Under the pieces are notes generated by a model. It had not been told where the DNA came from and did no database searches. It was given only the letters and a program-made list of their open reading frames with translations. This document shows, in pieces, positions 40,769-54,916 of a DNA stretch of 64,000 nt (position 1 is the stretch's first letter; each line of letters starts with the position of its first letter). The DNA comes from Octopus vulgaris (Eukaryota): NCBI GenBank assembly GCA_951406725.2, contig OX597815.1:38440001-38504000 (forward strand), read 5' to 3'. A program made the translations under genes and the position numbers.

Positions 40769-42371
40769 TCTATTCCGTCTAAAATTAACTTTTTCCCCTT
40801 TGTCCCTCATATAATTCATACAGTAAGTATCAAATGCAGTATCAGAAGCGATATAGTCGGATACTAGACTTGGGAGCGTTGTTCCATTTTGTTCTTACAC
40901 ACCAAAAGCTGAAAGAGAGAAAAGTAATAAAGAAACTATGGGCTATGATCAATTGTTTCATTTATGAGGAAAACATGTAGAAAAGCGTCTTGTAATGATA
41001 AGATTAGTACAGTTGAGAAGCGATTTGATATATACTAAGTTAATATCTGTAAGAAAATCATGGAAAGGAATTCCAAAAGAATTTTACAATGGGATGGAAA
41101 TAGGTAGGTGGGGCATCACATGAGAATAGAGACGTGTGTCAGAAGGAACTGGGTGAACTACATGTGCGATTAGCTGGCTTTGAAAAACATAGGCTCTTCC
41201 TGTGGCAGTGTAGAAGTTAAAGTGACAGCGCATCCATAGGTTACTATCATATTGGTGGCTTTCTTTTCGATTCAATCTGCGCTGCTTTTCTGTGGTTCAG
41301 CTGCGCTGTTACAGATACAGGAGTTGTGTTCTATTGTAGAACTCATCTGAGTTTTGATGGAGAGTCAGTATTCATTTAACGGCTAAGGTATTTTCTGGGA
41401 TTGTAAAAACCTATTCTTAGGACGTAGTTTTGTGTTATCTTGTGAAGGGAAGATTGCCTGGGCTGGACATATGTGAATGTTCAGGTAAAGGAGTGTCAAT
41501 GAAGTTACTCTGTGCGAGAAATATTAGGCACGTTGCCAAATTCTAACTACCTTCTCAGCTCTGAAATCTGTCATGCAATTTAATACTGCACATCAAACTT
41601 ATGACTCTCCAATTATTTCCATTTTTACTGTGCAGATTCTACACATACATTGCCCTTGTTTAATCAAACTAGAAAGAACGGTGGCACGAGTGACATCCTA
41701 TTGATGAAATAGTTCTGAAAACATTGGAGTAAGCTTGGTTAAAATCGTGATCAGGAGAAATTTTTGATTGTTACAACCCCTGCTGTCATCACTTCATACG
41801 TGGAAATTGATATTTTGATTCACATTAATATGTCGAACAATTCACACACGAAATATACCAATTTAATATAATTGCAAGATTTATAACAGATATAAAATGC
41901 GTGCAAATAACGTCAACAAATTACACAGAACGACCCTAATCCATAGCATAATAAAAGTGGATAATATGCTTCATGTATTTATAGCGTGATATTATTTTAG
42001 ATTTGCTGCTGGACAACATATAAGAAAAGAATTCGGACAATAAATGTGTGTTAGATTTAAAATGTGTTTATAAATATTGGAAATGATAGTATATTTTAAA
42101 AAAACACATTAGGATATAGTAACGAATAACTGAACCTCTAAATTAACAACCGATAGGAGAAATTGGTGCACGTAAGGCCGGACAGGGAAATTTGTAGGTT
42201 GTGTTTAAAGGGAGAGTGAAATTCTTGGCCATAGTTTGGGCGATTTTTTCTACATCCTACAAGTTGTTCTCTATTCTTCATTACTCTTCGAAATTAAAGC
42301 AATATTCCAGTCGCGGTAAGAATACGTAACACAGACATTACACTTCAAGTATGTATGTATATGTTTAACCA

Positions 42372-42824
42372 GGATCTTTTCGGTTTGACCGGTAGTTTTT
42401 TTAAATAATTTCCACGTAACTAAACACTTTTAAACTTCGTATACTGGTAGAATGTGTATATAAAACATGTTTTTCTCTTGGCTTTATTGAGAACATTCTA
42501 TAGTTTGTAAGATATTTGTTGTATTTTTCTTCAATTTCTGCAATGTCAACCAATCAATGACGTCTATTGAGGTGAAAACATTCTGTGCTGTATGAATATG
42601 TCCCTCGTTTAAGAAACAGATTGGGTTTATTTACATTTCTGAAGAAAAAAGATACCCTTCCCCCACCCCTAACCCTAACCCTAACCTAACCCTAACTAAC
42701 CCTAACTCTAACCCTAACCCTAAAACAGATTGAAATGCAATAGATCGATACTAGGGTCATAATTATGGGTGACAATTTCATATGACACCGCTAGAAAAAA
42801 CTGCCGGTCAAACCGAACAGATCC
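42372..42824. mobile_element. MITE with ~30-bp TIRs and 8-bp TSD (Merlin-like) carrying (CCCTAA)n
   Basis: GGATCTTTTCGGTTTGACCGGTAGTTTTTT / AAAAAACTGCCGGTCAAACCGAACAGATCC; flanks TTTAACCA / ATTAACCA (7 of 8); CCCTAA array at ~42667-42723. Confidence 0.85.
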
Positions 42825-43428
42825 ATTAACCACACTGTAGAAGGATCTGCCACTGAAATTTCAGAACTATCAAATTTATTATAGTTAAGGGTAAATAACC
42901 CTTTACTAATACTAAATCATTTATTTTAATCTTCTGCTGATTCGTGCCCGCGTATTGTCAATGGTAGCAGTTAAAATTATTTCTGTATGTGACTTATTGA
43001 AGCGTAAGTCTATTCTAGAAGCAGATTTTCTCTTTTCTGAAGGAGGAGAAAAACTACTGAATACATGAGGATTTAATTATTTATGCTGCAATGATGTATT
43101 TATTTATATTTACGTGACTGTACCTCCTGCGTTACAACTCAGATACTAAATATACAGACAGGTAACGAAGTTGGATACCTAGTAAGAAGCAATTATAACA
43201 GATTGCTGATGATAATAGTTTGCCGTTAAAATAGCTTGTGGCTAATTTTTCCAGCGTGTGACTATAGTAGACTCTCTCTCTAATCTAATCTCTATTATCG
43301 TTTTATTTGAAAATGACAATTACGTTATTATATATATTGGAATTGTAAATAGAATTTATACATGCATGCGTGTACGAATGCATGTGTATGTAAGCATCTA
43401 TAGAGAGAGAAAGGGAGAGGAGTGAGAT

Positions 43429-43756
<328 letters not shown>

Positions 43757-43939
43757 GACTGCCTTAACTAAAAAGAGGTGCACACAAAACATGTAGTAGA
43801 ATTTGTTAATTCATTCGTAGTGGTTGATTTAACCCGCTGGAGCAGAGACCTTTTACTAAGCGCGATTCTTCACAGAAACAGAAACTCTGAGTAACGGCTG
43901 GAGTAATCATTATTTTGAATGAACATATGAGTGTGGTTA

Positions 43940-44065
43940 AGGCGGCGAGCTGGCAGAGCCGTTACAGCTTGGCGGTATTTCTGAATTCAAATTCCGTCGA
44001 GGTCATTTTGGCCCTTCATCCTTTCGGAGTTGATAAAATATGTACCGATTGAGCACTGTGATTGA
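43940..44065 (+). mobile_element. Internally deleted SINE of the 4678 family
   Basis: GGCGGCGAGCTGGCAGAGCCGTTA...AATTCAAATTCC...CCTTCATCCTTTCGGAGTTGATAAAAT. Confidence 0.75.
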
Positions 44066-44671
44066 AGCCGCGAAACTTCTGGCTTTAAAACCACTATGTG
44101 TGTGTTTGTGTGTGTGTATGTATATATGTACGTTTATGTAAATATATGTTTGTGTGTATGCGTACAAACGTGAACAACACGCACATACATGTAATGCATA
44201 TATACACGAAAAGAACGAAAGAATGAGAGAGAGACAGACAGACAGACAGACAAAATAAGCAAGCAAAGAGAGAGAGAAAGAGAGAGGGGGAGAGACTGAC
44301 ACAAAGTTTCATTAATACATGAATTTCATTTCTCATTTGGTTTGTAATTTCGATTAATTATGCATTATTTTCGGCTCACCGCTTCAAATATGGTAGACTG
44401 CACTTAATGTGCCGTATATGTAAGATTAACTGATACAAAAAATAAAATAAAATAAAATAAAATAAGATAAAATAATAAAATTAAGTAAAATCGTGCACTG
44501 CATATTAGTGTCACCTCCAAATCAGTTGCCGAAAATCCTGGATTTACAAATGAAAAGCCGTATCGATTTCTTTCTACCTTTTCAGTTGTGTAAAACACTC
44601 TTTGCCTACTTTATGATTTTATCTGTGGCAGACCGAATTAACAGAACGTTGCAGTACAGCACAGTATAGAG

Positions 44672-44740
<69 letters not shown>

Positions 44741-45584
44741 ATATATGTATATATACAGTATTTATATAAATATATGTATATATATTATTTGAATGATTAT
44801 TGTTCCGTTCATTCATGAATGACTCTAAGTAACATCAACAGAACAGACTCTCAGGTTTCATACAACAATATGGAGCATACACAGGACGATGAGGCGCATT
44901 AAATGTTAGCGGAATGGTATGACATATTCTCTTTTTACCCCTTGCCTTCTTAGCCCTAATTTCTTTCCACTTGTATCGATACGTATATTGAATTTGCTAT
45001 ATGCCCAAAAACTACGAAGGATATACGCTCTCATGTGTCATGAGTTGAAATATTACGGTTTATTTCATCGGTTGCTTACATTGCTACATAAATTTTGCAA
45101 TAAAATCTGCAGGCCAACGTTCGCTAAACTTAACGTTTCTAAGCGTTCTTTTCCTACCTGCCTTAAGCGTAACTTACATACTTGCAAACATATACACAGG
45201 TACTCAACCACACGCTCACACCCACACACGCACACATGCATGCAGGGAGAATTTGGTGTTAACATGCACAATAACACACGCCCGCCCGCGCGCTTACTCG
45301 CTCGCACACATACACACATATACACAGAAGCACGTATATATGAAATATAAATCCACATGTAATGCATGCTAATACAAGCATAATATATTTAAAAAATGTG
45401 TGTTTGTGTATATGTGTGAAGGTATATATGTATGTGTGTGCATGTAATTATGTATGTATGTACATATGTGTGTATGTATGTGCGTATATGTATGTATGTA
45501 TGTATCTATCTATCTATATATATATATATATCGATATCTATCTATCTATCTATCTATATATCTATATATCTATATATCTATATC

Positions 45585-45617
<33 letters not shown>

Positions 45618-45687
45618 GGAGATAGAGAGAGAGAGAGAATTAGAGATACTACACACACACACACACACGTATATATATATATATATC

Positions 45688-45797
45688 GGTGTAGGCGAGG
45701 CTGTGTGGTAAGAAGATTGCTTCCCAAACTCATGGTTCTTGGTTCAGACCCACCGCGTGGTATCCTTGTAGACGGAAACGGAAGGAAGCCTGTTGTA

Positions 45798-45854
<57 letters not shown>

Positions 45855-46112
45855 TGTGTGTATTTATATATGTAAATATGTATATATACATATATGTGTG
45901 CGCGAGAGAGTCTCTATCTGTATGTGTCGTTGTGTCTGTTTGTCCCCAGCACTGTTTAACAACCGCTATTGTATGTTTACGTCACTGTAAACTAACAGTT
46001 CAGCAAAAGCTATCAGACTTGAGAAAAAAAAAAATTTATGGAATCATTCGTATAAAAATTCGTCTCTGTCCTGGATAGCCGCAGTGAACTGATTGCAACA
46101 AGTAGAAGATAA
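45688..46112 (+). mobile_element. Diverged SINE of the 31697 family
   Basis: GGCTGTGTGGTAAGAAG...GTAGACGGAAACGGAAGGAAGCC, internal microsatellite, GCAACAAGTAGAAGA tail. Confidence 0.75.
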
Positions 46113-46214
46113 ATGATGGAAAAATCAATATAATGCGTGCTTATATAATATATAAAAATGCGTTTGTGTTTATGAGTATGTGTATGTATACGTAAGTATG
46201 CTTGTGTTCTTGAT

Positions 46215-49200
46215 AGTATTCAGTTTTATTTCAAGATTTCTGACCAATAGGGAAAGAGCCGGTTTCTAACCTATATCCCAGGCTCCACCATTGGAATTTC
46301 ACCATCAACAGGGTATTTTTGTATATATATATGTATGTATATGTGCAAATAATTTTTATGTTTTGTTTTATGTTTGTATTTTCATGCATCTAGTTGCATT
46401 TCTAGACATGCTCATATATATTTAAATGATAAACTTTTGGAAAGATTGTTAAAGTTCCAGAGATGGTTTGGACTTCTTGTCTTCGAATCAGCTTTCCCCT
46501 TTCTAGTTTTGAGAAGCCTAATTTCTCAAGATTGGCATTTAGGCAGTGTGTTACATGTCCCTGTGCTCTAACGATTACAGGTATAAACCTGAACTTGTAA
46601 TCTGTGTAGAGGAGCTGTAGATTCCTCAATAGATCAGCGTAGGTATTTCCTTTTTCGCTGATCTTTAGCTTTATGTTAACATCCACAGGGCAGCTGATTT
46701 CCACAAATGTACACAGTTTCTCTTATCTTACTATGTCAAGTCATTTTATTGAGGTTTTCACTGAGACAGCCCACCAGTATTTCTATTTATTATGGGTGGC
46801 TATGGCTTCTACCATACTTTAGTTTCTTATATCTTTAGCCTTGGGGTTATCCTTTCGATGGATCTCATTATACAATGTCCTAGCTACATCACGTCTCATC
46901 GGTAGATAATACCATGATGACATTTTCGGACAACTACTTATGATGTGGATGATCTCTTCAGCGTTAACTCCACAATTTCTGCATCAGTTATCAAATTTTG
47001 CCGCTTGTCCCACGTTACTGTCCCTCTTTTGGTTGATATTTTTTGTTCCTGGATTGCAAACGCAGCCCCTTCAAAGTGAGAGTTAGTAATCCGGTTGTTG
47101 ATCCATGATAGACTGCTTTGATGCTCAATATTACTATCATCTCAGAGCTTTCTACTGAGATATCCATGCATGGTCTTCTATTGATATATACGCCCATCCT
47201 TTCATCTGATGATACATTGCGGTAGAGCCGTGCAGTAGACCACATTCCAATCCTACATCCTTTGAGAATGTTGTAACTAGGTCAATTCATGCATATTCTT
47301 TGTATAAAGTTTTAAGTCATCCACAAAGAAACAGTGTGTAATTTTGGTATTTCTGTTTCCTTGTGAACATCGTGGGCCACCATCTTGAAATTAAACAAAT
47401 AGTGAATGCATTATCACCGAAAGTATAAACAACATCACAAAGAGGCTGTCTCATTGGAATATGCCTTTGCGATATTGCATTCTATCGGTGATAATGCATT
47501 CACTATTTGTGTTTAATTTCAAGATGGTGGCCCACGATGAAGTCAGTCAGCTATGGCTTTGACTATTCTCACTGGAACTTTAGCAAGTTGAAGGGATTCT
47601 AGCATCCATGAGTGGAGAACAGAGTAAAATGCTTTCTTGTAGCGCAGCCACATTGAAACTAGGTTCCTCCTATGCTCACACACCTCTGGGATCAAAGTTT
47701 TGTCGATTAACAATTGCTCGGCACATACTCAAACTCCCTTCTTCCCAGTTAATTGTTCTGCTGTGATGTTATTGGTTTCACAATGATCCTAGAGGAAGTG
47801 GTTTAAACAAGTTGTATATATTTTACACATTAAGTTCTGGCATGCACTTGGCCAGTAGTTTTTTGCCATGTGGTTGATTCTGCATTTGGATATCGATTTT
47901 ATCTCTGCCAGAGCTAACCAGTGCAGTATGCTACTGTTCTCAATAAAAGCTTGCTGGTACAGATTAATATGATATGATCGGCAGAATGTTAGCTTTTTGC
48001 ACCAATATCCAAAAATCTAATCTCTTCCAGGTACCTTTCCATTCTGGATCACAGTTGCAAGAGTTTCACCATCAATGTTGTATTACTTGTATGTAATACA
48101 TGAGCAATACCTTTTTCGGATGTCTTCCAGCCGCAGAGCATCTTGGTTAAATTCCTTCTCTTCACTCCAGATTTTCCTCCAGAAGGAGTCTATGTCTTCT
48201 CGTGAAGGAGCTTCTGTAATATTTATTGCTCCTCCTCGCAAGTCTCTGTATACTGTTTCCTGGTTGAGATTAAATATTTTGTTTATTATTCTTCCCTCGG
48301 TTATTCTCTTCTAATGTCGGAGTTTTTCACTGTCAGTTTTTAGCTCTTGCTTTTGAGTAATCAGTCTGCAGTTGAGTGTCCTCATTTTGCCGTCTCCAAA
48401 CATCATTTCTATCTCCTTTACTTCCTGTTGGTGGGACGTATAGTGATTCACTTGTTTGCATACAATAAGCATCATTGCATGACTGATGGTCTTCCATAAA
48501 CCAGTTATCTTTTTCTCTGTCTTCAAAACCCATGATGGTGCTTTCCTTGTTATCTAGGTTTTGTTTACTTTTTGAATATCATTCATGTACAGTTTTACAG
48601 TAGTAGCCAGAGCATATAGACAAGCGTTAATATACCAGTATGTGAGTTCATCACACTGTTGTAAATACTCATCACTAAATTCGTCAACAGCTTTTAATAC
48701 CGTATCTGGTGTTTTTTTTTTGTCTTTTTACTTACTTTGGTAGAAAATACTCTCTCCTCGAGTCAGTCATTCAAAGCCAAAGTTAATTTTTCTCGGAAAA
48801 TTTCAGTAAGGCACATTTCACTGGCATGTAATCCTGACTACCAACACTGCTACAATAACCGTTCCGGTTGTGTCTGCTATTTACCATAGTTGTAGTAGGA
48901 GGGCAGTGGTCAGTTACTTGAGCCAGTAATGTAGTTTGGCTGGCAGGCTCTATGGAATCTGTTGGAATGTCGCTAGCTGCGAAACCACTGGATGGTCTTA
49001 TATCATTCATGTTTTCGTTAGTGTTTATAGATTTGGGAAGATGGTTAATTTTCGATTTCTTAATAAAGTTACAGTTACTAACCTTCTTTCTATGTTCTAC
49101 AAGTGTTGCTTGTTGGCGTAGTTGCTTCGCAGTAAAATGATTTAATTCTGGATGCAGATGGTCCCATTTTGATTTCAATCGTTTCATATAGCCAACAGTG

Positions 49201-49590
49201 GAGTTCTGTGTCGCTTTTTCGTAGCAGTTAAATAGATCATTATTGAATTCATAACTCAAAAAGAAATGGGCTTTGTAGTTACGGTTTCTTCTATTATTAC
49301 AGCTAAAAAGATATTGTTTACATGTCGAGCTGTTATTTTCGTTCTGTTCCTCGATTGTGTTGTTGTTCATGTTGTGTCCAGCCATGTTGTTTTTAGTAAC
49401 TCTCTGCATGCTAAATTCATGATTCAGTCGAAAGTTACTACGATCGTGAATAAAAGGCTCTCTCGGTTAGTTCATCTGAAGATTAACCAGTTATATAACA
49501 AGGTTGATAGTTGTGGCTCCAAAGTTAGAGATAGTATTCATCGTATTTTCGATAGTCTCCCACGCCAAATACGTGACTTGTCGCTTCTAA
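46215..49590 (-). mobile_element. Second R4/Dong-related RLE retrotransposon family, decayed and near full length
   Basis: N-term NCYEKA....GYMKRLKSKW..LHPE....TAKQLRQQA (48783-49409); relic HCFFVDDLK near 47320; C-term VEISCPVD...EK..TY..L...IPVIV; 5' end abuts (ATAC)n at 49590. Confidence 0.85.
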
Positions 49591-49729
49591 TGTATGTATG
49601 TATGTATGTATGTATGTATGTATGTATGTATGTATGTATGTATGTATGTATGTATGTATATATGTATGCATGTATGCATGCATGCATGTATGTATGTATG
49701 CATGCATGCATGTATATATGTATGCATGT

Positions 49730-50060
49730 ATTTATGTATATGTGCAGATGCGCATGTTTTGTTTTATGTATGTCTTCTCAAGCATATACTTTCATATCTA
49801 GACATGCTGTTATATACTTAAATGATAAACTTCTGGAAAGTTTTACAGATTTTTACAGTCCCGGTGATGGCGTGGATATGTAATCTTCGAATAAGATTTC
49901 TCCGTTCTAGTTTTGAGAAACCTATGTTCTCAAGATTGGTATTTATGCAGTGTGTTACACATCCTAGTGTTCCAATAATTACAGGTATAAACCTGATCTT
50001 ATAATCAGGATACACCTCTCTCTAGATTTCGCAATAATTCAGTGTAGGTATCCTTTTATT
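49730..50060 (-). mobile_element. 3' fragment of the 46215 RLE family
   Basis: YPDYKIRFIPVIIGTLGCVTHCINTNLE..GFSKLERR.LIRRL is paralogous to 46430-46620; (TATG)n on both sides. Confidence 0.85.
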
Positions 50061-50073
50061 ACTGATTTTTAAC

Positions 50074-50105
<32 letters not shown>

Positions 50106-50859
50106 TGTATGTATGTATGTATGTATGTATGTATGTATGGACAGGCATGCGAATAAGAATACAAGAGTTAAGGAATGTAGTATATAACGTCCGGCCTACA
50201 TATGTTTCATAGCGAGCGAACCTCGGAAGTGCGAAATATCCAAGCAGCCAAGCAAATATCCAAATATACAGCAGGCTACTAGTCAAGCCAAGGTTGTCTT
50301 GATTAAATGAACTTTCATTCGATCAAGACAATCTCGACCTGACGAGAAGCCTGCGGTCTAAACCTCGCTTGGATTTTTCCCGCTGCCGAGCATCCGCTCG
50401 TAAGGAAACATATGTAGCCCAGATATTATATAAAGTACGTTCCAAAACACCCCGCGATAGGTGAAAATCCGTGATGTAGAAACACTATTGTACTGTATAT
50501 AGAATTCACCGACAAGACAACATGTCCGACAGATACATGTGGAGAAGGAAAATTTAAGATCTTTCCCTTCTACAAATGTCCAAAGAATGACACCTTCAGG
50601 AGGAATATGGAAAAATAGTTCTCCCCCAAATTGAATGACTGGAAATATTTCTATCGTAAGTAGTACTAGATGAATGATAAAATTTGTAAATTGTATTAAA
50701 CACACACACACACACACACATACACACACACACACACACATAGAGTTCTACACATATGTACATATACATAAATAAAAACAATCTCCAATCCAGATACTCC
50801 ATCCTATGTAAGCACAGGAATCAAACATTGGATTGAAAGAACTGTATTGAAATATCAAC

Positions 50860-51242
50860 ACAATTATTTCTTCTTTAAACACCTCTTTCAGATATGCAAA
50901 CACCCACGCACACTCTCTCACAAGACAATGATAAAAGTGACATTTTGGCCCCCAGCTAACTTGACCATGGCTAAAAGCCAATGACTGGTTATTTTTAACA
51001 ACTTGACCATTCCTCCTTAACACTCTTTTCAGATACAAAAACACAAACGCACGCGTACACACACACAGACACGCGCGCGCACATAAACACACACACACAC
51101 ACACACTCACAAATCAATGATAAAAAGGAAATACAAACAGCTGGATTTACAATCACTGTAAGCCAAGAATTATTTTTGACAAACAACTATTTCTCCCCTT
51201 CTTTCTCCTTTCCTTCTTTTTCTTTAATATCTCTTTCAGATA

Positions 51243-51290
<48 letters not shown>

Positions 51291-51305
51291 TTCTCTCTCA
51301 CTCTT

Positions 51306-51339
<34 letters not shown>

Positions 51340-51545
51340 CCTAGACAATGATAAAAAAGAAATCCAGACAATTTTTTGGAAAAATGACACTTTACTGCCC
51401 TTGGGGTAAACATCCTGACCAGCTACAAAAGAGACCAACAAGACAATTTTTTCTTCTTTCTCTTCCTTTTCTTCCTTTCCTCTTTTTTCTTTAACACCAC
51501 ATTCAGATACAAACACACACACACATACACACACACACACACAAA
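50860..51545. repeat. Degenerate four-unit tandem repeat with (CA)n cores
   Basis: TTAA(C)ACCTCTTTCAGATACAAACAC recurs at ~50875, 51017, 51224 and 51491; the first three are followed by CAATGATAAAA. Confidence 0.7.
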
Positions 51546-51837
51546 CACATACTCTCGCTCACTTTCTCCCCATTCATCACTCTCTTGTACTATCTTATAT
51601 CCCTCCCCACCATTACACACTCAATAACACTATAAAAATGGTCAAATTTATCCACAAGAACTTAGTTCAGTTTGAAAACGCCACTAGAATGGAGGAAAGC
51701 GCTAATATATGATATATGATATATGTTGTATAAAAACATGTAATATATAAATAAATATCTGTAAATATAAAACCATCCGCATTTCTGAGTACCTCATTTC
51801 TTCTAATATAAAATACCTGTACATCATCTCCAAACCT

Positions 51838-51914
<77 letters not shown>

Positions 51915-52024
51915 TGTGTGTGTGCTTGTGTGTGTGTGTGTGTGTATGTTATTTTCATAATTCGCATACATCTATTTTATTATAAATGCAAAACAACACC
52001 ACAGAGGATTCAACGTAAGCTTAA

Positions 52025-52085
52025 ATAGTAAACCGCGATAGATGAACCACGATAGGTGAACCGTGATATGGTGAGAGATTACTGT
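52025..52085. mobile_element. Tigger/pogo-like MITE right terminus
   Basis: AACCGCGATAG...AACCGTGATATGGTGAGAGATTACTG|TA; related CCGCGATAGGTGAAAATCCGTGAT at ~50452-50475 may be the left part. Confidence 0.45.
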
Positions 52086-52121
52086 ATTCTATTCCTTATA
52101 TATATATGTATGTATATGAAC

Positions 52122-52163
<42 letters not shown>

Positions 52164-52303
52164 ATGTATGTATATATACACACATACATATGTATACATA
52201 TGATGTATGATGAAGCCTACTCTCAACAAATGTATTGACTTATCCATCAGTTTTTTGCAAAATTGATTTTATTACAATTTGACGTAGAAACAAACATTAA
52301 TAC

Positions 52304-52337
<34 letters not shown>

Positions 52338-53039
52338 ATTTATGTATGCTTGCATATATATAGATGTGTATGTATGCGTACATGTATATACGTATGCATA
52401 CATATACATATATAGATATGTTATTCAAATATGCATCTTGCGAATGCAGTAGGAGGCACATTCAGTGATGCTCCAGGGTTGTACGATCTTGCGAATAAGC
52501 CAGCATTAAACACCTTGCTCAGTGAGATATTTGCAATCTTCGTTCCACAAACCCCTACAGCCTAATTCAAAGGATATTTAGCGGTTCTACCAACCATTGC
52601 TCCTGCACAGTTCAATCATTTACTAGCCTTTGGCAAGAGTTTTCTCATGAGCCTTCCCTATGTATACTTCTCATTTCACCTGATTGGTGAAAATGACTGT
52701 CTGGGCTGCGTGTCGTTAGTGTAATGTACCCCGGGCGTTTAGTTTCTTGCCAAGATCCACACATATATTCTGGTCTAAGGCCATGGAAAGTGGGCGAATA
52801 ACATCTCTCTTCAGCTTTGGTAAAAGTAATGAGTTCGTTCATTGAATGTTGTTTACAAAACTGAATTGATTAAATACATACATACATACATACATACATA
52901 CACATACACACATACACACATACATACATACATACATACATACATACATACATACATACATACACACACACATAAACATGCAAACATACATGCATACATA
53001 CGTGTGTGTGTGTGTATGTGTGTGAATGTAAACCTTCGA

Positions 53040-53665
53040 CTGCTTACCTGTCTTAGTCATTAGACTGCAGCCATGCCAGGGCATCGACTTGAAATGTAAG
53101 TCGTATGAATCGACCTTAGTTTATATTTTTTGTTAAGACTGTTGTAAATTATTTTATCGGACTATTTGCCGAAACGCTAAGCTTTGGGGACGTAAACGCA
53201 CAAACACCTGTTGTCATACAGTGGTGGGTACAAACACAGATATATATATAAGCGACCTAGTTCTTATTTTTCGTTAAAACTGTTAAATTATGTTATCGGT
53301 CCTTTGCGAACGCTAACTTGGGGACGTAAACGCACAAACACCTGTTGTCATACAGTGGTGGGGTACAAACACAGATATATATATAAGCGACCCTAGTTCT
53401 TATTTTTCGTTAAAACTGTTGTAAATTATGTTATCGGTCTCTTTGCCGAAACGCTAAGCTTTGGGGACGTAAACGCACAAACACCTGTTGTCATACAGTG
53501 GTGGGGTACAAACACAGATATATATATAAGCGACCCTAGTTCTTATTTTTCGTTAAAACTGTTGTAAATTATGTTATCGGTCTCTTTGCCGAAACGCTAA
53601 GCTTTGGGGACGTAAACGCACAAACACCTGTTGTCATACAGTGGTGGGGTACAAACACAGATAGA
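53040..53665 (-). repeat. SINE-derived tandem array (4 units of ~135-143 bp)
   Basis: GGGGACGTAAACGCACAAACACCTGTTGTCATACAGTGGTGGG occurs four times; the unit is part of the 31697-family SINE 3' half. Confidence 0.9.
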
Positions 53666-54177
53666 TATATACATATTTTCTTTACTACCCAGAAGGGGTA
53701 GATAGATATACACACACATACATATATATGTTTGTATAATACAATGGCATGCATATAAAACCTCAAATGCGTCGTGATTTAGTCCGACACTGCTGTCTAT
53801 AGTATAGAAAATCATTGCCTAATGCAATATACAAATAAAGATATATTTACATATATTTCGATCGCACCGTTACCAATGCACCTAAGAATATAGGCGGCTT
53901 TTCAATACGCGATGATTTGGAAAATTACTGCGTCACGTTCCAAGAAGGTAACAGAGAATATTTTCATAAATTGACAGCATTCCTGCATCGTGAGAGTCTT
54001 TCAGTGTCTGTAATGGATACTTCCAAAAAGAAATCATATATATTCGTGTCTAACTCTCTTTTCCTTTTCTTTTTTTATGTCATGTTCTTGATTGGCTATT
54101 ATGTATGTGAATGTCTGTGTGTGTATTTGTGCATGTCTTCCTGTATGTGTGTGTGTGTGTGTGTCTATCAGAACATC

Positions 54178-54230
<53 letters not shown>

Positions 54231-54234
54231 ATAA

Positions 54235-54282
<48 letters not shown>

Positions 54283-54285
54283 AAT

Positions 54286-54333
<48 letters not shown>

Positions 54334-54364
54334 ATATATATGTGTGTGTGTGTGTGTGTGTATT

Positions 54365-54424
<60 letters not shown>

Positions 54425-54477
54425 AAAAAAATATATATATATATTTGTGTGTGTGTGTGTATGTGTGTGTAATTTAT

Positions 54478-54508
<31 letters not shown>

Positions 54509-54794
54509 CATATATATGTGTGTGTGTCTGTGTGTGTGTGTGTGTGTGCGTGTGTGTGTGTGTAATTATAATTATTCCCATCTATATATATTTCTGTATC
54601 TAGCCATCCATATATACATGTGTGTCTGTGCGTATGTGTGTGTATGTGTGTGTATGTGTGTGTCTGTGCGTTTGTGTGTATGTGTGTGTATGTGTGTGTA
54701 TGTGTGTGTGTGTGTTTGTGCGCGCGTGTGTGTGTGCTGCGTGCGCTCTAGCATATGTGCCTGTTTTGCTACGTTTTTGTGTCACTCCAAGAGT

Positions 54795-54916
54795 TTAGGT
54801 CTTCTTGCCGTCCTCGCCACCGCATTTCTTCCAGCAGTCATTGACCTTAACTGCATCTCGTTCACCAAGTCTGTCAAAAGCTACAGCGAACCTGAAATCT
54901 GTTATTTCTTCCATGC
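54795..54916 (-). CDS. Candidate terminal coding exon, product unknown
   Basis: Acceptor ttttaattcttatgctacag|GC, phase 1, [39 protein letters not shown]; complex island among microsatellites. Confidence 0.35.

Noticed and set aside
41084-41570. Minus-strand AEKVVRIW resembling homeodomain helix 3, plus a nearby 63-aa ORF
   Set aside because: A stop follows within four codons, there is no WF.N.R motif, and I found no long open frame
42667-42723. Telomere or chromosome-fusion scar
   Set aside because: Short, degenerate and enclosed within MITE TIRs
49266-49883. 205-aa plus-strand ORF
   Set aside because: Antisense to the RLE element's 5' region and extended by (TATG)n
53110-53665. CRISPR-like regular repeats
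   Set aside because: Whole units repeat with no unique spacers; SINE-derived, eukaryotic context, no cas genes
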